Shown piece by piece: positions 38,670 through 51,279 of a stretch of DNA of 64,000 nucleotides. The notes under the pieces are model-generated. The model worked only from the letters and a program-made list of their open reading frames with translations, was not told where the DNA came from and did no database searches. Origin of the DNA: Fimbriosthenelais zetlandica. Taxonomy: Eukaryota. The DNA lies in contig OZ365116.1 in assembly GCA_977030845.1 (NCBI GenBank), positions 21,080,001 to 21,144,000 of the forward strand, read 5' to 3'. The number at the start of each line of letters is the position of its first letter. Positions within the stretch are counted from its first letter, which is position 1. Position numbers and translations under genes: made by a program.

Positions 38670-38729
38670 AAAGTCTTCATCTTTGGTAGTTTGGAGTGCT
38701 CAGTCGGTTGTCTACTTCAAGATATCCAT
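38666..38729 (-). other. Two short uORFs in the GPCR 5' leader
   Basis: ATG GAT ATC TTG AAG TAG (38729-38712, MDILK*) immediately after the acceptor; ATG AAG ACT TTA TGA (38680-38666, MKTL*) whose TGA overlaps the main ATG (ATGA). Present in the sequence; translation not shown. Confidence 0.6.
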
Positions 38730-38752
38730 CTGAAAGATAAAACAAAGAGACA
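38730..38752 (-). promoter_or_regulatory. Splice acceptor of the GPCR coding exon (5' UTR intron upstream)
   Basis: Minus strand reads tgtctctttgttttatctttcag|ATGGAT: a long polypyrimidine tract plus CAG ending at 38730, 61 nt upstream of the CDS start. Confidence 0.75.
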
Positions 38753-41700
38753 TTAATGTTAAATTTAAGGTTGAGTTTAAATATGACAGGGTCAAAATCT
38801 TCATACTGAAGCCTAGTTCATCTCGGGTATTGATACGCAATATGATTATTGCCACCCGGCACTGATTGTTCATGATTTGTTAGTGACAGATTTAAACCAT
38901 CTGTTGCAATGTGAATTACTTTTATTATGTCCCTCTCATTACCAAACCTGACCCTTCCAGACATGCCGCTGGGCGCCTGCAGGAACATGATTCCAAAGCA
39001 AAGATTTGAGTTTGGTGTTACATGCCATGCATTCAGTGGCATTCAGTGGCACTGGTCGCATGCCATGGAATGAATAATTGTGTTTACCAAAAAGTAGAAT
39101 GAAATACAAAACTAGAAATTCCCCAAAGGATGGACAATTACTACAGGCAAGTTTAAACCATTTGAAATACGCTCTTGGTAGAATGGTGTTTTGTTCCTCA
39201 ACGGCTATGAATTGAATTACCAACTGAAATTACTACATTCTGGCTTGTTTTGTTCCCATTTCCTCTCATAAAATAAGCATGAGTTGGCCTCCTGTAGTCA
39301 GTTGTCGAAACATTATGCATGTAGTATAATTACACTACATAATTGCTTGCATTTTCCATCATTTTTTCTTCATTGGACATGCGTTTACCTTCAAGAGATA
39401 ATGAAGAAACTTGATCTTCATTATGCCATTGATAGATTACGTCTATTGATCCATTTATCTTTTTTAATATATTTGATTTAGATAATTGCAGTTTCCTTAA
39501 CAAGCCTCGTATTACCATTACCCATGGGCTGTTTTCGTTGCGTTAGAGTGTTCCTACTCTGACAATAGCCTATGTTCGCAGCACACCCTCGGCCTACATC
39601 TTGAAGTGACAATCTCCCTTCGTCCTATAAAGGCTTTGTGCCACAATTTCCTTTTTTCCTCCCAACTCCTCACCGCAGGATGCTTCAACATTGACACTGG
39701 GTTCCGATTTCCTTAACAGTCTCCTATAGAAACATTGTGGGTTCCATTCACATCAGTCCCTAACACATGACGCTTCTTCACAACCCTGCTTTATACTGCA
39801 TGGACAGCAACTCGTAGACTTGCACTGCCCTTCTTTAAACCACACACTTTTAATATTAATCCTGATAACTTTAACTGTAGAAAGTAAGTGCTACCTTTGT
39901 TACTTTGACCATTGCATCGCAATAAACCCACAGGTTTTCCTTTGAATCGATTATAATACATTAAAATAAAGAAAATAATGGTGCGTAGGACTACAGTACT
40001 TAAATGGAATATATTACAAATATATATTCCTAAAATAAATGTTAGGCGCAGAGGCATGTCTAGAGGATGGTGCATTCCTTTGATAAAGCATGGCAGAACA
40101 TGAAAAACTAAAAATTGAATCTGTCTATATTTGGAAATGCCCCACAATAAGATCCATGGCTGCAGCTAGGTGTCAATGCTGAGTAGGCACTTCATTTGGG
40201 GCTTTGTACAGCAATCATGTAACATAGACGTGTGGGTCCATTGTCATTCAGCTGCCTTATATATGATGAGAATGTGCATATTTAGGCTTATTCTCTATAA
40301 AAGACTAGAAGAAAGAATTACATGGAATAAGCTTGTAACTGTGTACCACTTTTAGGAGTGTCATATATCCCAATTTGTTTATATCACTGTCCTTGAAACA
40401 GAAGCATCCACAATTTTATGATCAGACGAAGTTTGGGATAGCTGAGTTGAGAGGGAGTTTATATTTCTTTTTACTGGTGAACATACTCTAGCGTTCCAAG
40501 AAAAGTATAGTAGGGAGGAGGCTCAGGCATGGAAGGTGTAGGCGGAGGGAGTGGAGGGAAGATCGGCAGGAGTGGCAGGTATAAAGTACAGGAGATGACG
40601 AGGTGGAGAGAGGTGACGAGGAGAGCATGGTCATCTGAAAATGAATGGAGGGAGCAATGACAAAGGAATAGAAAAAGAGCAAAGAGCTTCTGGGGGGTCT
40701 TTGATTAAAGGGCGCGAGGCAGTGGAGAAGTGAAATGCTACTGGCATAGACGTAAGATGAGTGAATGAGTATAGAGAGAGGGCATTGAGTAGGTGAGTTA
40801 CTGTGAGTATAAACCTGATCTATTGCTTCAGGTAAGAATCCCGACTAGTTGTATCAGACCTGTCATACTACAGGAAGTATTGTAACCAAACACTAAAAAG
40901 TACCTTTAAGATACGAGGTTCTTCCTTTCTGATAATCGTGCTGGCGTTGGTGCCACATCTGGATTCTCTGAATTCAGAGTCTAATAACCTTTTATAAGGA
41001 CACATCCCTTCTAGGAACAAGAGTCACAACTACTAATGTATATCATCCACTCCCTGTGCTCTTGGAAATGTGAAGCATGGAAAGTCATAGAAATTCTATA
41101 TAGAATATTCTCACTTTAATTGAGGAGCACTGCATGCCATTACTCCTGCTTTGCTCACATTACCGTAACTTTAATGTAGTCATTTCCCCGCATAGAAAAC
41201 TGTACCTAGTCGTTGGTTAATGCACATTCAGCCCTTGGAATCTTATAAGCTGAACCTAATGAGTTATTCCCACTTAAATTAAGACCTATACCATAAGATT
41301 TGTGTATCACATTGGCAGCTCTAAAGGAAAAGAGCCACAGGGGTGAGTCCCAATGCACAAAGCCAGGTGGAGATGATGTGACCTGGATGAGGGGTTCACA
41401 GTGGTGAAGAGCAGACAAGAGAGCCGAGCAAACAGAGAGGCGAGGTGAACAGCGAGGACTATTGGCCTGCCTCATTATCATGCAGTATGAAACACAAGAC
41501 CAGCCCTTATGGCATAATCGCATTATGCATCGCAATAAAAGGTGTAGGCAATAATGTCTCCCCCCGAAATCTACCAATCTGACCACTTCCAAGGCGGAAT
41601 AATGATTGTGTTGGGAGAACCTCTCATATACTATGCCATTTTTCTACCTAAATCCTTCATAATGTTCTTTATCTTCAACCAACTATCTTGTTGAGCGTTG

Positions 41701-43352
41701 GGCTATAAACTGCAGCCTTAACCAAATAAATCACGGGGCATTCATCACTGCCACTTGTGCCTTTATCAACCTGCAGCATCCTACACTCCACATTCGCCTG
41801 TTGACCTTTCTATTGTCCCAGGCTATATTACTTGCCCACCTAATATGATCAGCACTATATATTAGGAGCTCTCGGACGCTGACTTTCAGATTATGTGTAT
41901 ATGATTGGTGAATGACCTTTGAACCTGAGCTGCTCTGGAACCAGTGACCACTGCAAAGAGAGGGGGAGGCAATTCATCATACTGACCTTCCTATCCTATA
42001 TCATTTATATAAGGTTTCATGGCCAGCAATTGGTCATATACAGTTAGAATGCCGATTAAAATCCTCACATCTGAATGATATAGTTATAATCATGAGTGCG
42101 ATTCGAAACACATAACGAAATGTTAACAATGATCCCCGTCTTGGGTGAGCTAAAAGGTTGTAAACACTCGGTGTCATGATTAGCCATTTTACATGTCAAT
42201 TTGAAGTGAAATAAGCAGTGTCTTATTACATGTTCTCATCGCAGCTCGGCACCTAGCTTTTACATGTAAGAGGCACTTGGAGGGTGTCATAGAGAGAGTT
42301 ATACCCGTGTCACACTATTGGCTATTTATATACACAGTAGATGTTGGCTGGCTATAGGTAACAAGTATTTAGAGCTGCTCAAATGTAAGGCTGAGCCCTG
42401 GGGTGAGACTCATTCAATTAGTCTGGTATTCCCCCAGGGTGTGGGGGAGTAGGGAGGGAGGGGAAAGGTGACGGGGAGAAGTAGAAGTGTAGAAACCTCT
42501 CTGTCTGCTAGCATGGCAGCAGTAGTTGCTTATAGCGTAGGTGGAGGACCGAACTTGGAAATGTTCAAGTGCTATACTGCCAGAACCTCCTGTAGAGGCG
42601 GCTTAGCGATAGAGCTGAAGTGCTCCGCTTGAGCAATGAGGCATAAAACCTACCTCTTCAGTATATATTCCTGGTTAAGTACCACTAATCAAATTGACAA
42701 ATGATTAGTATAGGACTAGCCCAGGCTAGTGTTGGTATTATGGCTCTTCACAATTAATTAGATCTTAAGTAACCTGACAATGTGTCTGTCACAAACTATA
42801 TGACCCCGACCAAGCCTGAATATATCAGTTGTAAAGAAGTAGGATAGAGATAAGAATAGATCTAGAGGGATTGGTCAAATGATAGATGAATCCCTGTGAC
42901 ACTCTGGGAGAAATGGACAGGAAATCCCTCCGGGTTTAGTAGTTAATCAACTCATTGATTAATACCATGTATTCACTCATTTACCATTCAGGTTAAAGGT
43001 GAGAGAAACACGAGAGAATGAACAATGTTTCTTGTCCCATATGAGGATAATTCTTTCTTACATTGTCCTGTCGCACCTGATGAGAGCTAACATTTTCTAA
43101 CACAATAGGCAATATTTCCTCTGGGCACCTTCATAATATCACAGTCATGCCCGGTAGACAATCTAACTTTGATGTCATCCAGCCCGTTTCTGTTTCTACC
43201 AGTGTTTTGGGTGTTTTGACGGAGGAAATTAGATTGCACCGATCAGCTCTTGAGTGGGAACTGCCAGCTCAATTCAATGGTTCCAATCCCATTCCGTGAT
43301 GTTCGTGACAAAATCACGTTTGGGACGAGTGAGGCCGAGACCTACAAACTGC

Positions 43353-43435
43353 AGCCAATCAGAATGTGTCTGCCATTTTGGTCGCTAGGTGGGAGTGTGG
43401 TGGTGCGGATGGGGAGATATGATGTCACAGGAAGT
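43353..43435. promoter_or_regulatory. Promoter-like cluster (NF-Y, YY1, CRE-like, ETS) upstream of the GPCR
   Basis: agccaatcag (43353), gccatttt (43372), tgatgtca (43420) and caggaagt (43428) within 83 bp, ~4.6 kb 5' of the GPCR acceptor. Confidence 0.3.
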
Positions 43436-44329
43436 CCAGCAGGTCGGGGTATTCTGTACTCTGTCTCCATCAAAACACTGTAAAAATGTTTTATGTTGGG
43501 GACCACGGCCCCTGAAGCCAGCACACAGAGGTGGGCCACCGGAGACTGAAAGAATCAAATTATATGTTTTATATAATCTTCCAAAATTGTATCCGGGATG
43601 ATCCAGATTGTATGGGGATCTCATTGCAGGCTTAGCTTTAGGGATTACTTAAGAACCACCCAGCGAAAGCTTGTCCAGTTCCAGCCAGAGAGTTGAATGC
43701 CTCGTGCATCCTGTTTGGTACTGAAAACTGGCACATGAAAAATGATCGCAAGAAAGTTGAATGCTGTGATTCTATAGTGATTTCTATTCGTGCGATTATG
43801 ATATAAAAAGTGAGACCTTCATTTTGCTGGAGTGGCAGGGTTACGGTAGAATCAACCAGATATTGCTTATCCTTTCTGTCTGTCTGCGCCCACAGATTGC
43901 CCCTGGGACAGTGTTCTGGGTAAACAAAATCCGGGAGGTGGACTGCACTCATATGATGGTGAGAAGTCTGAATCATGATCTCCATCAACAGTCCCGTCTG
44001 CTGCCTCGTATACCCAGGTGTCACGGGGACAAACCTCGCCTGTTTCATGGCAATTTTGTTCCGTGTAAGAATATGTTGAGGTCAATATAATTTGAATAGT
44101 GAAATCCCAAATTCTAGTTTCTGAACTTTTATACCCAACTTCTTCTTCATAATTATATACTGGTCAAAGAAAAGTTGAGGCATGCACAGAATATTTCAAT
44201 CGCTTGGATGCCTATATCACTTTCGGAAGTTTATACACTGATTTTGTCCTGCATAGATCTTTCCGGGATTCCTTCCCGTCTGCCTTTGTCTACGTGACCA
44301 TTTCCTTCCCTTCAATCATCCTTGGTCTT

Positions 44330-44560
44330 GGTTGTTCATGCATTCTTCCTGTACTGTAAAAACGCCTTTGTCACATACCCCACTGAGGTGTTGGCTATTT
44401 CATCAAGAAGGCATCAAAAGCGAGAGAAAAGCCTTTTGTAAAGCCAACATTTCACGCTTTTAGTGCAGATATCGTTACTCTTAGGTTAGAACCCAAGGAG
44501 AGTTTTTTTCTAAAGCCACACAGATTGTCCTTGGCCATGGCAGAAGCCATCAATCTGTAT
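44330..44560 (-). pseudogene. Possible decayed LINE RT fragment
   Basis: Minus frame: NLCGFRKKLS (~Q.GFR...ST) followed ~20 aa later by FTKGFSLAFD (~DF.KAFD). Weak. Confidence 0.3.
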
Positions 44561-46436
44561 AAGTGAAAGTCTTCTGGGTGGTGGAAAAACAAGGCAGGAA
44601 CATCCATCTTCGATCTAGTCTGTCAGGGTACATTTAAAAGCCACTGCCTAACAAATCACCCAACCCCTGCTCTTTAACTCTGACCATTTTGGATTTTCTC
44701 TCAAATCGATGTCATGCACCGTCGATATTTAACCATCAGATTTTCTTTGACACTCTGCTAGATTTTCCTCTTCGGTTATACTTTGACAGGGTTTTGTGAC
44801 TGATTATTCTACTTGATCTTTCTTCCTAACTTCCATCATCCGCAGAATGCAAATTGCGTCCATTCTTCTCAGTCCTACTCTGTTCTTGTTAAGGAACAAC
44901 GAACAATGGAAAACACCTACCCTGTAGAGCAGTATCCTGACGCTGCATTCCCTTTATTTCCTTACCCTAGTTAAATGTTCTTTATTCTGCTGTTTAGTGA
45001 ATATAGACAATACTAGCTTTTCTCCGCGTAAACAAGAAGACATCTGCAAGGCATAAATATTTTTCCTTCTGCCAATTCAAATTAATTTCCTTTAATAGTA
45101 ATGTTTTTACTAATTCATCAGGATTGAGCATTTTTCTTCTTCCATTCTTTTCTGATGCAATGAGATATTCAAGGACCCATGCAGAGTTCCGATTCAGAAG
45201 AGAAAATGGAACTACATGTATGCATGCTTTCATTTACGTTGTGCAAAATCACATATAGCTTATTCGTATATATTTGGATCTTTGTATGAAACGTTACCTA
45301 TTCCAGAATCAACTCAGGATTAACATAGAATTAGGATTCGTTCTCATTAATGGAACTGAAACAACATGTTAACTAAACATTTATGGAGATATTGATTTGG
45401 GTTTATACTGGGTTCATATGGGATAGGTGTAGATTGAGTGAGATGGACATGCGCACTATTCACGAGTGCTGAATCAGGCAATATTGTGAAGCTACAGATC
45501 CCTCACATGACCACCCAGCTCACCAAGCAAGGTCACCAGCCTCGCTTTGGATGAGGGCAAGGCATTGTGGGATTACCAGCCTCCTTCCGGTCATGTATCT
45601 GCCATAGTTTTGTGAGGGAATAGGCGGGGGAGGGAAGGGGAAGAGAGGGTTGGGAAGTGACAGAATATGGGGAAGGGGAAGGACGAAGATACAAGAAAGC
45701 GTTGCTAGGAGAACCATATGTTGACTTTAGATCACCTCCGGGAAAGAGATGCAGCTTATCGAGTTGGTATCTGACTAACTAAATCCTAGGGGCAGTTGAG
45801 GAGGTCACAGGGGGAAGAAGGAAGGGAGGGCAGGGAGGGCCGGCTAGACATGAGTAAACAGAATGGTCAGACTTCCTCCAATGTTGATTCACCTTGGAAA
45901 CCCTGAGAATGTATTAGTCTAAGTCACATCCTGGTCCTGTCAATGGATACCAAATGTAATAATGCCTCACGTAGGCTGGAGATTTGGGATTATACTTCAC
46001 GCGAATCGAAAATCGTTAAAATGGTTTAAATGGCTTAACACATGAGCCAACTATACATGCACCTGCAACACTGCAATCTGATGAAACATTTTCGATAAAG
46101 CTCACACCTATGTTCAGGGTATAGATAAGCCTGCAGCTGCTACAACCCATAATAAGGTGTACATGCATACTGTATACCCTGGTATGCCAGGAATCCCCTG
46201 TTGTACTCGGGTTAGCATATCCCGCATGTTTTTATATGTACCCTGTACATCCCTCCACCCCAAGGAACATCACTACAACAGAATGCGTGTAGATTCCAAC
46301 CCTTATCAAATGATGCACACAAGCCTCGCCCTAGGGACATTGGGTGTCCCTTACACACATTGGGGCCTAATATGATACAACATTCCCTCGGGGCAGGGAG
46401 TCGCAATCCTTGGATGCTACTATGGATTTCACTTAC

Positions 46437-46460
46437 CTCGTCTATTCAACCATCAATTCC
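46437..46460 (-). other. Candidate 24-nt 5' UTR micro-exon of the GPCR transcript
   Basis: Minus strand: pyrimidine-rich run ...caaatattttcgcag|GGAATTGATGGTTGAATAGACGAG|gtaagtga. Lies upstream of the GPCR acceptor, in the same orientation. Confidence 0.3.
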
Positions 46461-49400
46461 CTGCGAAAATATTTGCGCAGTTGCGCAGGTTGAGGAAGAA
46501 GTGAGGGAAAGATGAAAATGATAGGTTCAAGAGAATTTGAATAAGGGTCCATGAGAAAAGAAGTGGTTGAAAAATGTAAGTAAGACTCCGATGAAGGTGG
46601 GAATTGGGCCATAAAAGCCATAACAAAATAGCTGAAGATTGTACTGCTGAAGTGTTTTCCAGACTATATTAGAAAATATTCCGAAGCACTCGCCGGGAAA
46701 AACTTAAAGATTGATGGTTTGGGGAAGTTTTTGAAATTTTTGAAGTTATAGCACATTAGATCATTAGATGGGGTTGAAGGAAGCCTTTGTTTGTTAGCTA
46801 GCTGTTACTAATTGTTAGCCAGGTCCACTGAGTGCATCATCACTCACTGTTGGCAGCAGTCTAGTACAGAAAAGGATGAGGTAAATTGAAATCCATGCGA
46901 TCTGAATCTAGACAATGATCACTCATAGAATGCCAAATCTGGGAGCGAAGATGGAACATTTTTCTCACATTTGACTGATGACTCGCACCGTTAATGAAAA
47001 TTGATTAGAAATTATTGTTTGGAACGAATCTCGAAGCATAGGTCTCACAGATTTAAAGAAAAAATAGAAGGACTACTTCGACAAAAAAAATTTTCTACTT
47101 AGACATCCGACGGCTATATATTTTTTTTAGTCAAATCAAGTATAGATCTAGACTAAGGTCAAAACTAGCCTATTATCTATGACAACAACTTTAGGCCAGG
47201 TCTGTCATGTCCATTTAATACATAGCAGACTAATAAAAACTAAGAATGTATTATATTAAAGGAAAGTTTCTGCTAGACTGGCGTCAGACAGAGGCGCTAA
47301 GATTTGATTGATGGGTGATTAGTGGAGTAAGGACGGCCCATTCATACCACATAAATCAAACCATCAGTCCAGCTCTCCTGTGTGGGAGGTAGCTTTATCC
47401 CTTAACCTTCCACTTAATGTCTTCATACAATGTTCTTAATGGCATAAGAGACTGAATCTTTACAGATACATTAGTTTCTTAATTCTTTGCCACAGTAAAA
47501 CTACATTGACTTTAACTATAGGTCTTTCAACATCTCGTGAAGATTTAATTTGATCAACATTTTTAATTGATTTTCCTGTCTCTTGGCAAGCTTTGAAGAG
47601 GTAATTTAACAAGGGATCGTTGGAATTAGTTTGTCTTGAAGACGGCTATATAGTTATTTGACTAAAAAACTTTCCTTGACGATTAAATAGTTTATTATTG
47701 AGACGTATTATATCGTTTGAAGCATTGATTTTTGCTTTGAATAATTTGTTCGGATGTTTTAATATAGGACTCATGTAGACTTAGACCAAATTGGTCTTTC
47801 AAAAGTGCCGCCATCCCAATATTTAAAATCTCAAATGAGAATTTCAAATGCAGATAAAAGAATCATCTAAAGATCCTTAGTATAATCTGAAGTCCTTAAA
47901 TTAATTGTAAGTACAATTATGAAGACATGATGAGTTCAAAGACTTCTGGTCTTTTCCATCTTTGAATAATTGGATGAAAGATTATGTACATATCACATAC
48001 CCTTTTATAAGCTTTAGAGCTCTGCTGATAATTCCACGTATGTATTGCCAAGGTGGACATCAAAGTAAAGTGCACTCACTCTATGCTTGTACAGATAATA
48101 ATCTAAATATTATATCTCTCTTATCTTTGAATTTTGAGGTACATCACCTGCTCTATCTTGGTTGGCCTTTCACTGAAATTTTTAAATTGAAAATAAATGT
48201 GAACACATGGTTCCCATCCCCGTTATATGGAAGGGAAATACATGTAGTTGTCAGTAATATATAGAGCAATTATAATTATGTTAGGGAATAACATGGATTA
48301 TATGGAAAATCATTAAAATTATGTCTGCATTTTCTTATTCTTATTCAAGAATGGTTGAAACTAACACAGTAACACTATGTATTCTGCCTGTAATCGTGAC
48401 TCATAAATACCTTGTCCGCTTGATAGGGGAACCACTGGTGACAAATAGACTCCAATTAGACTGAAGTTAGAGCTTGCGTAAAAAGACACACAAAAAATGA
48501 ACTTCCAAGACATTAATATAAATAGTGCCAGCTCCCTCGTGATTCTAATTACAAGGACCACTCAAGAGTCTGCCTAGACTCGTCTCATTAGAGGCTAAAA
48601 ACAGATACAGCAGGCCCACGGGATAGTTAGAACGTTTGAGGTAAATGACATGATCTTTGAGCATTTTTTTTTTCAAATTAGAATGTCAAATTCATTATCT
48701 TGTTTTATGTGGGAGTGTAAGTAAAACCAAGCCCTGACGATTGGTGAAGTGAGGTTCTATACTTCTTCGTCAGAAACTTTTATGTGAACATTTTTTTTCA
48801 TATTTGAATTCATCAGATTCTATGTGTTTAGGGTATTAAAAGTTTCAGAGAGAAAGTTTAAGTGAGAAAGAGCGAGGCTATACTTCGCTCTAACCCTTCA
48901 TGGAATAATTATATTATTATGTCCAAGTAAAAATATGCAAAAATAAGTTTACTCCCTCAATATGCACATAACCTCCCATGTCTGTTTTAACAAACGGCCT
49001 GATTTATGTATGTGAATCTGGATGAATCAAAGAGACTTATCTCTCCATTTGTCCCAGACTTCCTGAACCTAGCGGGAGTAATAAATTCTCCATGATATAG
49101 ATGTCTCCTACTCACTCTGTGTCATCACCCGCTGAATATTTTACATAATTTGATTTCCTCTCTCTCCCTGCCCTCACATTGCTATGTACATATTTATGGG
49201 TAGACAGAAAGATGGCGGATTATCTGCTGAGGTTATTCACTAAATTAAAAGCACTCTGTCACTCGCATCATTGCTAAGTCTGGAGGCGAGTCGGTGATAA
49301 ATTATCTGACTTCATCCCTACCGCGTTTTGCGCATATTACAATTAATAATGCACAGAGTGCGGCAATCATTAGACCTCATTGTCTCCCAGGCAGACTACA

Positions 49401-50987
49401 TTCAACTTTTCGAGCTCCATCAGCATAAAATAAATATGCAGCAAACAACCATAGGTAATGGTTTTGATCCATCGGAAAAACTTAGTTTGTATAGGAGATG
49501 CATGGTTTTGCACATCTCAATTCAATGGAAAATGAGTTCATTTCAATTAGATGATTTTCATAGACATACTCTGTTTATTTCATTTATTGATAGAGCAGAC
49601 ATGATGATATTCATATAGTCCTAAATATAGCCTGAATGAATGCAGGATACATATTTCAAATGGTCCATTTTGAATTCCCCATGGTTAGATCCACTGCATC
49701 AGTCTCTCTGTACAGTAATGGGTAAAGTATACATTTGATGTTCCGTTAGATATATTTGGTTTTACCTTCATTGCCTCTGGTGCAAATTAGAAGCTAATTC
49801 CCACACATCCTGACGCCCTGAGAAAAAGCTCCCATGTTAATAGCTTTCCTCAAGCCTTCCAGTTCCAAGGCAGAGCACTGTAATTTCCTTTGTGTTTATT
49901 TGTGGACTTAACTTTCTTAAGACCAGGAAGAAGAAGGATGAGAGAGGGAGAAGACAGGCAATTGGAATGGAATAATTATATCTTGTTATCGTTTTTACTC
50001 CCTGAAATTAATATCATCTCCCTGCCTTATTTAAGCAATCAGGCCATTTTTTACCACTCCCTGACTCTGGGCCGCTTGGTGGCCAGGACGAATGGCATGT
50101 GAAGAAATGGGAAATGGTGCTTAAAACATCAAAGCCTATTATGTAAAGCTTTTTGTTGCCCTTCTGATTAATACTGCAGTATTTACGCAGCCACCTTGGG
50201 CTTTATTCTGGAAGAAAAATACTACTTTTCCAGATGGTTGATTGAGAAAATGACCTGGGATGGTAGAGTAATCATTCTTAGAGACATTGATATATATCTG
50301 CAATTCGTTTTTGGTGAATCCCTCCTGGTTTCCATCGTTTCATTCTTGTCAATTGCGTCTTTAATTCTTCATCATATATTAAATTTCCTATCTTTTGTTA
50401 TGAGTCCCTCAGGTTTTAGAACAAAGGAACTTTAAACACAATTGACTGAACAAAGTCGTAATCCAGTGAAATCGATTTGTGAATTATTAAGGACCAATCT
50501 TTACAGTGTAGGATTATAAGGAACCAAAGACCCATCCACCAATTATTACAGGAGTAAAGGACCCAGTTAACCCACATCCCAGCCCTGTGTACCCCTTTCA
50601 TCTCCAGCTATGATGGTACTGTATGTTGTATTAGGGCTCTAATTCCCTGATTACGCCCCTATGCTTCATCAAGTATTCATGTAGGACCCTCATTGTCCGC
50701 TTTACCTGGACCTAAATGGCCCCTTGTAGAGCTTATCAATAGCCACTATAATAACACCCCCATAGAGGGACAGTACCAGCTGGTCCCATACATGTGGCTC
50801 CCCCTCAACCAACCAGGAGTGGCCCGAGGAATTGCTCTTTTTTCCTTTTTGCTTTCTATCCAGAACATTTGGTTAATTTCTATTTTACTTTTTAAAAGTT
50901 TACTCTTAACGTTTGCTTTAATGACGGAAATATCGATAGAAATAGATCTTGAATTTGATTTTTCAACTGCAAAGCTTGATTTGGTTT

Positions 50988-51279
50988 TAACAGATCTAAA
51001 ATATGAAGCTTGATTTAATGAGAGTAACAGATCTAAAATGTGAAGCTTGATTTAATGAGAGTAACAGATCTAAAATGTGAAGCTTGATTTAATAGAGTAA
51101 CAGATCTAAAATGTAAAGCATGGTTTTGGTTTAGTGAGAGTAACAGATCTGAAATGTAAAGCTTGGTTTTGGTTTAGTGAGAGTAACAGATCTAAAATGT
51201 AAAGCTTGGTTTTGGTTTAGTGAGAGTAACAGATCTAAAATGTAAAGCTTGGTTTTGGTTTAGTGAGGGTAACAGATAT
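50988..51279 (+). repeat. Minisatellite with two unit lengths (3 x 36-37 bp, then 4 x 43 bp)
   Basis: taacagatct starts at 50988, 51025, 51062, 51098, 51141, 51184 and 51227; a partial eighth start (taacagata) at 51270 ends the array. Confidence 0.95.

Noticed and set aside
47450-47830. Minus-strand AT-rich open stretches (HESYIKTSEQII, PLE-like)
   Set aside because: A single weak motif without flanking RT motifs.
48760-48824. Hammerhead ribozyme core on the minus strand (CTGATGA-N10-GAAA; also CTGACGA)
   Set aside because: Stem II has only two A-U pairs and no complementary stem I strand follows the putative cleavage site. Other CTGATGA hits I checked (about 6756, 8284, 43078, 46079) lack the stem II-GAAA arrangement.
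50988-51279. CRISPR-like array (regularly spaced palindromic cores)
   Set aside because: The intervening sequences are themselves repeated rather than unique spacers; no cas genes; eukaryotic context.
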